DNA from: Octopus sinensis
Taxonomy: Eukaryota
Length of the DNA: 64,000 bases
Assembly: GCF_006345805.1 (NCBI RefSeq)
Contig: NC_042999.1
Location: 28,334,001-28,398,000, forward strand
Direction: 5' to 3'
In this document: positions 49,636-62,261 of the stretch, one piece after another
Layout: every line of letters starts with the position of its first letter
How positions within the stretch are numbered: position 1 is the stretch's first letter
Made by a program: the position numbers and the translations under genes
Notes under the pieces: model-generated
Databases searched by the model: none
What the model was told of the DNA's origin: nothing
What the model saw: only the letters and a program-made list of their open reading frames with translations

Positions 49636-52329
49636 CTCGCCTGTCTTTCGATCTATGTTTTTATATGTCTATATATATATATGCATATATATATGTGCGC
49701 GTGTGTATATTTGTTGTACCTGTGGTATATGTAAAATTATTTCTTTTCTTCCTTTGTATATAGCTGTAAGGCTTGGTGCTGTTATGTATTTGCGTAATTC
49801 ATTGTCTGTTGTATTAATATAACGTCTAGTTTGTTTTGTCTTAGCACACATTCGCCAGATCTTTCGCAGCAGCTTAATGAAAGTACTGACGCCTGCAAAA
49901 TTGAGCCGTAGAAAAGGTAATTGACTGACGAGGAAAATTAAGCTCCGAATATTCCGTGTATCATGTCGTTGACTAATTTCCCGTTCGTTTAATATTCGTC
50001 TAATCTGCTTTCGTCTAACTCTTCTTGTTGTATTCTTTCTGTTCAACCCTTCACACACACACACACACACACACACACATGCACGCCGGTCTATAATATA
50101 TTTCTCTACTTGTTCGTTAATGTAAGCAGTATTTAATTAATTGAGAAACTGGATGCTCAGCGTAGAAAGAGTAAGAAGATCTATAAATGATACAAAAGTG
50201 GTATATGCTTCATCTGTAAATGAGAAGGAAACTTTATAATGACCTATAAATTCTCATTCAGGTTATCGAGAAAGATGTATCAACTGAAACACTGTAGGTT
50301 AATATGTAAATGAACTACAAGGTAAAAAAGACTAACCATAAAGGAAGCATCGACGAAAACTATTATGGAGCACAAAACTAGGTAAATTTAAAAGGAAAGC
50401 GAGATTGTAGAAATAGATACTATATGATATATAACAAAACAAATTATAAATTATAGTCAAGACAAAATTTGCTTAATTAATATGGCATTAATACATAAAC
50501 TCACATTATAATTATGATGAATGGATTTCCTTAATTAATATAACATTAATATTAAGAAAAAATAGGTGATTCAATATGAATCACTACTCTGTATGTGGTG
50601 ATCGATTTCCTTTACAAATTATGATATGAAACAGAAGAAAAAAAAAAAGCAAATACACCTTATTATTTTCCTTACAAACCAATATCCGTCGGATATTCAT
50701 TGCAGGTCATCGTAGATATATTGCCCTTAGTATGAACTGTCGACAAATAGCAATAATTGTTTCTAATTTAGGTACAGAGCCAACCATTTAAAGGGGTTTA
50801 ATCGATATCATCCACTTTTGTTTTCACTGGTACATAATTTTATGTACTTAGGAATGGATGAAAACGGAAGTTATTATCAGTGGGATATGAACATTGGAAC
50901 GTAAATAAGGAGTAATAATATCACAACGCACTACTTTCGATGCTCAGATGATTCTCTTAATCCACCTTCAATCCAGCAACGACAATAATAACAAGTATAA
51001 CGACTATTGCTCCAATTTGGGGAGCTTACATTAAATGATAGAAGCATTTTAACAGAAATAAAATCAAAGAGATTTTTTTGATGATTTTGCAAAATTCTGC
51101 TGCTTTTTACTTGTAGAATTATAATTCACTGGGCTTCTACTTAGAACGTTAGAAAAATAATGTCACGTCCATGACTAAAGAGTTGTGTGGGTTGCAAGCA
51201 TCGAGGCACTGACATCACTAACATTTGTCTGATATCACATGAACGCAGTTATATTTGTTCTCGTGTTCTCAATGATGGACCATATTGATATGTGAACGAT
51301 ATTTGATTATAATATAGAAATATCATCTGAAGGTTTAATATAACCTTAGCGGTTGGCCATGAATCATTTCTACGAAAGCATATAGGAATATAGATTTACA
51401 GTTAAAGAGATTCTGTCGCATATATTATGAAGCATTATCACAAACATAATCATGAAATACACTGGAGAAAGATTAAGTAGAAAAATGGTCCCTGTAAACC
51501 ATTAGAGAGATATTGGCAAATCTAACAGACAGAAAACATAATAAAAAGTAAAAGAAGTTACTGTGTATATTATACATTTCGTAAAAGAAAGAAACCGTTA
51601 ATGGAAAAGACTCGAGAATTTAAAGATAGTGGTCTATAGATAAAATCAAAATGCATATGCGATATGGCATATTGTTGGCCATATTAAAAGAGCTATAAGA
51701 GTGAGCACGAAAAAGTAAATTGACCACAGCAGGAGTAATCTGCCAGTATATTACATGAGCAACGAGCAGCAAAAAAAAAAAAAAATTTAGGCAAGCCGTA
51801 TTTATACTGGCATTAACCATACGATGTAATGAAAATAAAGGTTACTACAGACAATCAAACGGGAAAAGCATTTTCCCAAACATGTGTGTTTATATATTTA
51901 CACACACACATAGACACACCTATTGATCCGTGAATCGATTCATCAATGCATGCATGCATGCAAGCATCCATTCTCCATCAATACATACGTGCATACATAC
52001 GCATCGATAAATAGATTGACACATGCTATGTTAGGTAGCTAGATGGATATCGATATCCATATTCTTTAATTTTTAAATTCAATTACCAGTTGGTATCGTC
52101 TCAATTTGTCTTTTAGTGTCTGCAATTCTTTCGACGATTGCATCATGTCAAAAGGCTTTTCTCATATGAAAGGGAGTCTAGGCTAATAGTAGTAGTAGCA
52201 GTAGTAGTATTAGCAGCAGCAGGAGTAGTACTAGTAGTAGTACGGTTCGAGTCACACATAACTGCTACTTGAAACATGCAAAGCGGTAGCGAAGGACATA
52301 TTTTGAGGGTTTAATCATGGTTTCAAAGT

Positions 52330-52520
52330 TTGACACAAGACCAGCAATTGTAAGGGAAGGGATAAGTCGATCACACCGCCATCAGTGTTTAAGCGGTACG
52401 TTTTTAACGACCCCAAAAGGATTAAAGGGAAAGTCGATCTCAGCCGAATTTGAACTCAGAAGGAAGAAATGCTGCTAAGCATTTGATCTGAGTGCTAACG
52501 CTTACGCCAGCTTACCGCCT
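52330..52520 (-). mobile_element. Old family-C-related SINE
   Basis: cgaccccaaaagg..aaagggaaagtcgatctcagccgaatttgaactcagaa..ctaacgc-tacgccagcttaccgcc. Confidence 0.7.
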
Positions 52521-52599
52521 TATTTTGGTGGGCTTTAATAAAGGAGCAAGAATGGTGGGCGATGCTTGATGTGCTGATGAAAGACACTTCAGTTATTGC

Positions 52600-52800
52600 T
52601 AAAACGATTAAAATTTCTCTAAGCATTACCTAAAAAGGAGGATATCAGAGAGGACAAGCCAGCATGTCTTCTTAGGAATTTCAAAAACGATAGCTATTAA
52701 ATGTTGATATTCTGCGTTGTTGTGCAGTATACTCTACTGTCGGTTATTCTTTATTTGCACTAAGAGTATTTTGAAAGCCAGAAATGACCTGAAGGAGAGT
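52600..52800 (-). mobile_element. Very degenerate mariner remnant
   Basis: NRQ*SILHNNA and LVLSDILLFR resembling LHHDNARPH and DLAPSDYHLFR. Confidence 0.4.
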
Positions 52801-54279
52801 ATCACATTAAAGAAAAAAAATTGTTGTAATTACCTTCCACCTTAAAATAAATGTTGCTTTTATTACATAATTTAATGCAACTCATGTGTTAATGAGTGCA
52901 CTCGTCTCTTATATATGCTACACTTCTATTTCTCTTTCACACACACACACTCACGTACACACACTACACACACACACGCATACACACATATACATGCTCG
53001 CACGCACACAGATTATTAGTGTTATTTTTATACTTGTTATGCATGAAACTGTGGAAAGCATAAATGCCAGTAATTTCCTGACGAATTCGTATGAGGAACT
53101 AAATAATTTTATATTATTATTTTCTTTATTAATATTCATATTTATGAATATACATGCATGCACTTTATGCACCCACCCATATACAAACAGAAACACAAAC
53201 AAATTGAAACTCAAATCCAAACAAACATACAATCAAAAGTTAGCTAATATATACTAACACACACCTACGTACAAACATACGCAACACACCCAAACATGTA
53301 CACAAACATATAGTTACGATTGAAATTATTCAACTCTAAAACTGAATAATTTTATTGTTATTTCGCTGCAATTCCAACCTATGACAATCCAGACATTACC
53401 GTTGTTTCACTTTCAGAGCAGAGAGGATGTAATTTTGGTTGCTATTCCTAAATACTTATTGACTGCATCGAGTTTCCATCATTAGCTTATTATTTGTTTC
53501 TTGTAATATACAGTTTGACTTGATCCGGAAAATGAATCAAATGAAAATTTGAAATGGAAGATTTTTCAAATTTATTTTTTAAAATTTTATGTATATAACA
53601 AGAAGAAATAATACATTGGTTACAGTATAAAGCCATATATAGTAATATAACATTTTTCACATGAAGACTGTTATTAAATTAATAACAAGAAGACAATTCC
53701 TTGTCCGTGTTGTCGTTAAACAATACATTTATTGTGGGATCTATTACAAATAAACTTCCGCAATATGTTATAATATAATGTAAATAACATCTTCTATATC
53801 AGCTTAAAATCAAGATCAACATATAAATTTGCTGCTAAAAATCTATGGTTGGCAAGATAATTACATGTTTGGTATCAAATTCTTCAGAATATCACATTTT
53901 CTTGAACAATATGAACATATAAGGAACAAAATGTTTCGCTTGTTTGGTTGTTTCCTGCTTGTTGTATGTGTGTTTTTTAATATAAATTTTGTAAGTGAAT
54001 GTATCGATCGTTTTGAAGTAGGATGTTGTTTTGTTATCCTATATGTCAGTTCGATTTTATTACCTGATTGCTTCATTTATTTCGATGAATAATTAATTAA
54101 GAATGCATTCAACCGTCCTGTCTTTGACAGTACAATGGTTTTCATCATGATACTTAGTACAAGCTTCTTGCTAACCCCATATTTAGATTTTAAAACATTT
54201 GGCATTTCACAAACAACAATCACTAGATTTTCTCGGCCATTATTGTTATCATGATTTGAGAAATAATTGTTTCTTATTT

Positions 54280-54480
54280 AGGTTCAAAGCCAGAATTGGC
54301 GGGTAGGGAGTCAACTGTCTAAATCGACTCCGCTATTTGACACGTAATTTACTTTATCGAACCTGGAATGATGAAAAGAAACGTTCACTTGACGGGATTT
54401 GAACTCAGAACTTAGTGAACCGAAGTTAAGTAACAAGAGACATTTTCACCCATAGCTTTATTGATTTTCCTAACCCACCG
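54280..54480 (-). mobile_element. Old family-C-related SINE
   Basis: aatcgactcc..tttatcga-cctggaatgatgaaaag..gggatttgaactcagaac. Confidence 0.6.
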
Positions 54481-55533
54481 CACTATATAATAACGTTTAA
54501 TCTAGGATCAAACCCAGCAATTGTAGTGGGTGATTCGTCAATGACATCGTCTATCGAAGACGACAGTTACTCTACTTTATTGACTCCTGAAGGATGAATG
54601 GCACAGTCATTTTTGGCGAGATAGGGGCTGAGGAAATAATGAACTAGAATAAATGGCATTAGGCATTTTTCCGACTCTCTAACTATTCTGCCAAACTTTC
54701 ACTTTTACATTGGCATGCGATCCCTCCAGTATAACACTTGAATGGAAGTAGATTTTTCTAAACTACGTAAAATAACATTTATTCAGCAAAATATTAATAT
54801 TTATACAAATAGAAATCCTGACTCTCCCTCCAAGAAATCTTTCCCCTGAAACTCGTAGATACTTAATCCCGTTGTAGCTAACTACTAGTAAAACCATCAT
54901 ATTATTATAATAATTTCTAAACTATAGGAAGTATGCTCAGAGAAAGGGATGTATATAGTTGATTCAGCCAACTACAATACTGTGCAATCTTTTACCGTAA
55001 AAGACCGAAAGGCACATTAAACCTCATTAGGAACTTAACTAAGGCGTCAAAAGCTGTTAGACATTCTGTCAATATTTAATAGTCCTTTACCAATCGTCCA
55101 CCCTTTTGATTTTGTCAACGTATAAGCGATTGAATAAAACACTTTACAAAGTCTCTAAGACTTATGTGAGAAAAAAAGAAAATTATCCTGCGAATAATAA
55201 TTTGGGCGTGGTGCTTGTAATAAAAACAAAAAAAACTTGACTAATCTATAAACAAGATTGACTAGTCTACCTTCATTATAAGTTTCATATTATATGTTTT
55301 CAAAAACTTATAATATTAATGAGTTGGCCGAAATGCTTGTACGAGAAAGAGCCTAGTTAAAGAGACTAAAATATGATGGTATTATTACTTATAGGACACA
55401 CTTGAAAGCCCAGCTCCATTATAAGTTTCGTATTGTTATGTACTCGAATCAAACATAAATTCGTGTTTCAATGATGTCCGATCCTGCAAGTTGTAACATG
55501 AATTCCAGAAATAGATCGAAATGACTGACACTA

Positions 55534-55737
55534 CAGTTCTATATTTAAGAGATGAGGAATTATTTACATTATTTACAAGTTACGGATATTAGTCCTCAGC
55601 TTGTTTGTTGTAAACACCACGTTTCGGTTGATGTACCCTCCAGCCTTCATCAGGTGTTCCGGGGAAATTATGAACTTGGATTCTCATTCCTGAGGTATTT
55701 TTCGTTGTTGTTGTGGTTATTATTATTATTATTATTA

Positions 55738-55800
<63 letters not shown>

Positions 55801-55873
55801 TCTGCCTGGAATTGAACTCTGTATCTTGGGGTTAGTAGCCCGCGCTCTTAACTTCTACGGAATATGGCATAAG
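55534..55873 (-). mobile_element. Composite element: tRNA-like Pol III head (55796-55873), (TAA)n, and hammerhead-bearing 3' module (HHR 55613-55658)
   Basis: Minus: aacac-CTGATGA-A-ggctg(gagggtacat)caacc-GAAAC-GTG-gtgtt; head has gggCTACTAAccc loop and gagttcaattcc B-box. Confidence 0.75.
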
Positions 55874-55879
55874 TGATTA

Positions 55880-56415
55880 ACCCCATCCCTACACAATCCA
55901 ACTCCATCCCATAACATCTTACCGCATCCCTTACACCCACTCCCACATACCCCCTCTACCCCCACCATCAGCCTGACCCACACCCCACACTTGCTTTCCC
56001 ACGTCTCGCCTTCCCCATATACCAACACCACCACATCTCATCACACAGCACCACACACCACCATACCACACCACACCACATCACATCATACCACCACGCA
56101 CACACTAGCACTGACTACTTCCCAGCAGCCTCACCATCATCCACACACCTACATATGCAAACACGCACACGTCGAGGTCACCATCTCTCTCCACACGCAT
56201 ATACATGCTCTCTTATACACAATCACGGGCACCTTCGTTTTGGGATCACCACTACTTTATTAACTCCCCTTCTTCGTAGTTCGCCTCTGTTTCTTTCTGT
56301 GGAAGGCTCGAACGTTAAAGACTTCTTTCATTTCCCGAGGGTTAAAGTGATACATCTGTTAGTTGTCTACACTACCTGTCTTCGTCTTTTGTTTCTTTTT
56401 GTGAATTCTCCCTAT
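55880..56415 (+). mobile_element. C-rich Penelope-like 3' region/pLTR with degenerate hammerhead (56292-56321)
   Basis: tcttt-CTGTGGA-aggctc-GAAC-GTT-aaaga; downstream cacctgtcttcgtcttttgttt shared with 24800-24830. Confidence 0.6.
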
Positions 56416-57634
56416 ATATATGCAGATAGACAGACAGATAGATAGATACAAACAAATACACACACACACAGATATATATATATATATTTATAAAATAGAG
56501 TTCTTCGCACGTACTATGTATCACTGCCAAGCGGTACACATTATTTCTGTTTGGTACACTGAAAATTCTTAATTTTCTTATATTATGGCACTTGCTATTT
56601 GGCTACAAACATTTTTGTCACACGTGTGTGCCGCAATGCACTTGTTGACAATGCATTATGAAAGTGATAATGGCTGAAGTATCAGATCTAAATTTCAATA
56701 ATTATACCTGTAGTAGAAGTAATAATATATTTATTGCTGTTGTTCAACCCTTCGACAGGTTTGGTTAAACTCTTCAATAATTAAAAGCATTTTAAAAATG
56801 ACCAGGTTGTTTATTGCAGATATCTTGTTTTACAGTATCCAAACAACCGGTTTGAATTTAACACTCGATAGGATATGAGGTGATGAGAGAGTTTTGATTT
56901 TTATTTCTAAGAAAGCGAGAGCCACAAAATAGTTGGTGTTGCAGCATTTATTTCCTGTCATATAATGAAATATAAAAAGTAACACACAAACACACCGAAA
57001 TGTTAAAATATTATTCATATATTTCAAATGTTACTCCACGTATATATATATATATATATATTTTCATCTTTGATCGGACAGTTGGGCAAAGAACATAGGG
57101 CGTTGCTTTGTCTTTTTAGTTATACTTATAAAATCAAGAACGAATAATATAATGAATTCTATATCAGAAGTGCCATCAGGCAAATATGTTAAATTTTTTT
57201 CGCAAAAATTACCTACGTAAAAGCAACACTAACATATCCAGTTTTCCATTGATGTTACAGAAAGAAACATCGGGTACAGGAGGATAAAAGAAAGTATTTC
57301 AATTAACAAGCATGTCTTAGGTTGTTGTCTTTGCATACAGGCTGTCCTCTGCAGCTGTCTCTGTAGCTGAGCATTACTGACCTTGCGGGCTTGTGGGTGC
57401 TGGTGCCACATGAATAGCACCTGTACCGGTGCCACGTAAAAGCACCTGTACTGATGCTGTGTAAAAGCATGCAGTATATTCAGAGCTACGTTGCATACCG
57501 CTCATTTGTTACAATAGCAATGCAAAACAACCCTCTTGTAAAAGGAGTCCTTATACCGGAATATTGAAATACTAGGTAACGGCACTGACCATCTACCTGT
57601 ATCGTTAAACTTTAATAACAGAGCTCCGCCACTA

Positions 57635-57904
57635 GAAATTTGAACTCAGAACGTAACGGCAGATGAAATACCTATTTCTTTACTACCTACAAGAGGCTAA
57701 ACACAGAGAGGACAAACAAGGACAGACAAACGGATTAAGTCGATTAAATCGACCCCAGTGCGTAACTGGTACTTAATTTATCAACCCCGAAATGATGAAA
57801 GGCAAAGTCGACCTCGGGGGAATTTGAACTCAGAAAGTAACGGCAGACGAAATACGACTACGCACTTCACCCGGCGTGCTAACGATTCTGCCAGCTCACC
57901 GCCT
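57635..57904 (-). mobile_element. SINE family C plus 5'-truncated second copy (dimer junction as at 18829)
   Basis: Minus strand reads aaagaaatag|gtatttcatctgccgttacg at 57660-57681. Confidence 0.9.
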
Positions 57905-58792
57905 TATTCTATTCTGGTGCTTATTCTATTCTTATTCTGGTGCTTATTATATTCGGTCATTTTGCGGAAACAGTAGATTAAGAGATCAAAACAAACCAAC
58001 ACTAGTTGTGAAACACAGGACATAGCGACAGACACAAACGCCTCATCCTATATACAACGCACATATACTGGTTGCGCGTTACTACATAGATTTTTTTGCT
58101 ACCAAATTCACTCATATTGACCGACCTGGGGTTATATAATAGAACTGAAACCGATGTGAGTCTGAACCCAAAGCGAGTTTCTTGATCACATACTCTCTCT
58201 CTTTTTTGACTTTCATTTTCTCAATCTCACTTTGTCTCTCACTTTCTCATTCTCTCTCTCAATCTGTCTCTCACACATACATATATTTCACCTAAAACTA
58301 CTTACCCACTTTATTTCATTGATGTATATGTGGTTTTAATGCGTTCATAACATTTAATAGATGCATGCACACCCACCTCAATATTGAATATCAATTGATA
58401 TTTAATACCATTTTACTACATACCATATGCAACATCATCATACACAGCGAAACTTGTGTCGCAGAATTTGAAAACCAAGAAGCAACAAACGAAGGAGAAA
58501 CTTTAAAGAGTATCCAATGCCATATGTAATGATCACGAAGGCCATGGTCGAGTCTCAAGTCTTAGAGCAAAATTTTACTATGATATCAGCAGGTCTTAAA
58601 TGAAATAATATAATAAAGTTAGGTGGTGCCTTTCGTCCATGACCTATGTGCCTTGTATCATTGCCACATTTTCAGTCATACAATATGTAGTTTTCAGTTT
58701 CTTTTACCCCCACTTTAACCGTTTCCCAATGCGAATTGTATGTCTCGGTCAAATCATTTAGTAAATTGGATAAACAACTAATTTTAACTTAC

Positions 58793-58794
<2 letters not shown>

Positions 58795-58827
<33 letters not shown>

Positions 58828-58900
58828 TGTATGTATGTATTATGTACGTATGTATGTATGTATGTATGTATATATGTATATATGTATGTATGTATGTATG

Positions 58901-58934
<34 letters not shown>

Positions 58935-58958
58935 TCTATCTATCTAACTAACTATCTG

Positions 58959-59009
<51 letters not shown>

Positions 59010-59025
59010 ATCAATCTATCTATCA

Positions 59026-59094
<69 letters not shown>

Positions 59095-59110
59095 CCTAAC
59101 TATCTATCTA
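58795..59110. repeat. (TATG)n followed by (TCTA)n microsatellite
   Basis: Direct reading. Confidence 0.95.
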
Positions 59111-59597
59111 CCGATGAGAAGAAACAAAAAGCATCAAACTCGACCTCGAGGGATAGCCACAACCTCAACACATACATGTATGTATGTGCACATATATATG
59201 TACATGCACACACACATACACGCACACACACACACAGACACACACAAACGTATGTATGTGAATATTTCTATATAATTGTTAATATATATATGCATATAAA
59301 AACGTGTTTGTGTGTGTATATATATATATATATATGTGCATCCATATATACATATAACTATATATACATGTGCATACATATACCTACACACATGTGTGTG
59401 TTTGTATATGTATATACATAATTATATGTATATACATAAGTATATGTATATACATAAGTATATATATGTACATATATATATATGTGAGTGTAAATACTGG
59501 TATATATATGTATATACTTACATTTAAATATATATATATATATAAATATATATATATACATATATATAATATATATATCTATTTATATATACACACC

Positions 59598-59628
<31 letters not shown>

Positions 59629-59630
59629 TA

Positions 59631-59677
<47 letters not shown>

Positions 59678-60108
59678 CATACATACATCTACACACACAT
59701 ACATATAGGCTAATACATGCACAGACATTCAGAGACATATACAGACAGGGTTATGCGCATGTGCTATTGTTTTTCCCCATGAATTCCCAATATGAAATAT
59801 TCAGCCATTCAGAATGTCACAAACCCTTGGAATGCTGGCACTTAAAATATTTTTCATTCTGTTTTTGTATTGTTTTTCAGAGAATAAAATATCGTTTAAT
59901 TGTTAATGTTATTTTGACGATACTCGCAACGGCAGTAAAGAATTTCACCTGCTGTCAGGTCTGGAATAGTTTTGGCGGCTCTCCCATTTCTAAGTGTCCT
60001 TGGATCGACTCCAGATATTCGATTCAAGAGTAATGGTACATATAGACATATACATATATACACACACACACACATATATATATATATACATATATATATA
60101 TGTATGTG

Positions 60109-60140
<32 letters not shown>

Positions 60141-60288
60141 CACACACAAACGTATGTATGTGAATATTTCTATATAATTGTTAATATATATATGCATATA
60201 AAAACGTGTTTGTGTGTGTATATATATATATATACATATAATTATATATACATGTGCATACATATACCTACACACATGTGTGTGTTTG

Positions 60289-60630
60289 TATATGTATATA
60301 CATAAGTATATGTATATACATAATTATATGTATATACATAATTATATGTATATACATAATTATATGTATATACATAAGTATATGTATATACATAATTATA
60401 TGTATATACATAATTATATGTATATACATAATTATATGTATATACATAATTATATGTATATACATAATTATATGTATATACATAAGTATATGTATATACA
60501 TAAGTATATGTATATACATAAGTATATGTATATACATAATTATATGTATATACATAATTATATGTATATACATAAGTATATGTATATACATAATTATATG
60601 TATATACATAATTATATGTATATACATAAT
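60289..60630. repeat. 18-bp minisatellite, 19 units (tatatgtatatacataat/g), inside a local duplication of ~59226-59460
   Basis: 342 bp / 18; the upstream duplicate carries only ~3 units at 59405-59460. Confidence 0.9.
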
Positions 60631-61431
60631 ATATATATATATGTATATGTATGTATATATGCATATACATATGTATGCATTTATGCATATACATACTCAG
60701 ACACATCAGTTTCTATATAGTTACACACAGGTAAATGTCAAGCAATACGCTTGATTAAAACTGAATGTTTCCCATTGATTTTTTTCCTTTCGTTTTCTCC
60801 TGTATTCAATGTATCTTTTCCCATTCACACACGTACGCATGAACACACTCGCTCTCTCTCTCTCTCTCGCTCTCTATTTCACTCTGTATTTCTCATACAC
60901 CCACACTGGCATATGATGATACAGAAGCACACACACAGACAGTTATTCACACATATTTGCACACGAACTGGTCTTCTTTCCTATTATTGATACTTAAGAC
61001 ATTTATGAATTCGAAACTTTAGGCAATTTCTGTTGTCGAAGAAGATGCAAACAGGTATTGAACTAATGGTTGAGTGTGGTGCAGTAGGAGGATCAGAGAT
61101 GAATATAAATTGGAGAGGTGGAGGCAAGCTACAAGAAGGCGGGAAGATTTTGCTAAAATAAAAGGATGAGTAAAGACTAGATTGAGAGAAGGAGATAAAA
61201 TTTGAGAAACAGAGATCGAGAGAAAGAAAAAAAAAGAGAATTGTCTGAAAGGTAAGAAGGGGTGTGGAAGACGATATACATAATATATATATATATATAT
61301 ATACACACGCATACACACATACACATTTATGTATGTATATATGTGCTTTACATACGTATCCTGACACACGCAGATGCACATATATACGCAGTCACAAGCG
61401 GATCTAGAAGAGATGGAAAAATTGCATACGG

Positions 61432-61500
<69 letters not shown>

Positions 61501-61630
61501 AGAAAATCATATTTGAACTAATAAAAGAAAGGCAATTAGAGGGTGAACTAAGATAGAACCAATGGAAATCATGATCATATTTAAAGAAGTAGAATGGCAG
61601 ATATGTATGTGAATAAATATATAGGTATGC

Positions 61631-61685
<55 letters not shown>

Positions 61686-62229
61686 AAGGGAGAGAGAGAA
61701 ATGAACATGAAGATAGGTATAGGAAAGATAATGCACGTATGAGGGAGGAGATAGATACTGAACTGAAAAACAGAGAACATACATACATACATATATATAT
61801 ATATCTTAAATAAAGAGAGGATTGTTCAATGTGAAAGAGAGATGGTAGCATAGAAAGAGATAGATTGGACTGGAGAAAATGTCACTGAATTTGATAAAGA
61901 AACGTTGAGAAATGAAGAATATATGGTAATTTTGGTGAGAAATAATGAAGTAAATACAAAGAAAAGTAAGTAAGTAAAATTTGGAGGTTTTGAAAAGTAA
62001 AAGTGAGAGAATTAGAAAAGAGTGAAGGAGAGGTGCAGATGCAAAACGGAAAGACTAGAGCTTAAAATTCCGAAAAAAATATACAATCAGCTAAGGAGAA
62101 GCAAAGAGTGTGTGTAGTGTAAGACAGAATATATATATATATACCCACACGTCTGTGTGTGTGTCTGTTTGAGTATATACATAAGTATGCATATATACAT
62201 ACATATATATATATATATAATATATATAT

Positions 62230-62261
<32 letters not shown>

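Noticed and set aside
51420-51530. tacactggagaaag / aaacca..ggcaaatc resembling a C2H2 HTGEKP linker
   Set aside because: No C-x2-C or H-x3-H spacing in any frame.
60289-60630. Regular short repeats that might suggest a CRISPR array
   Set aside because: Contiguous tandem units with no unique spacers, eukaryotic context, no cas genes.
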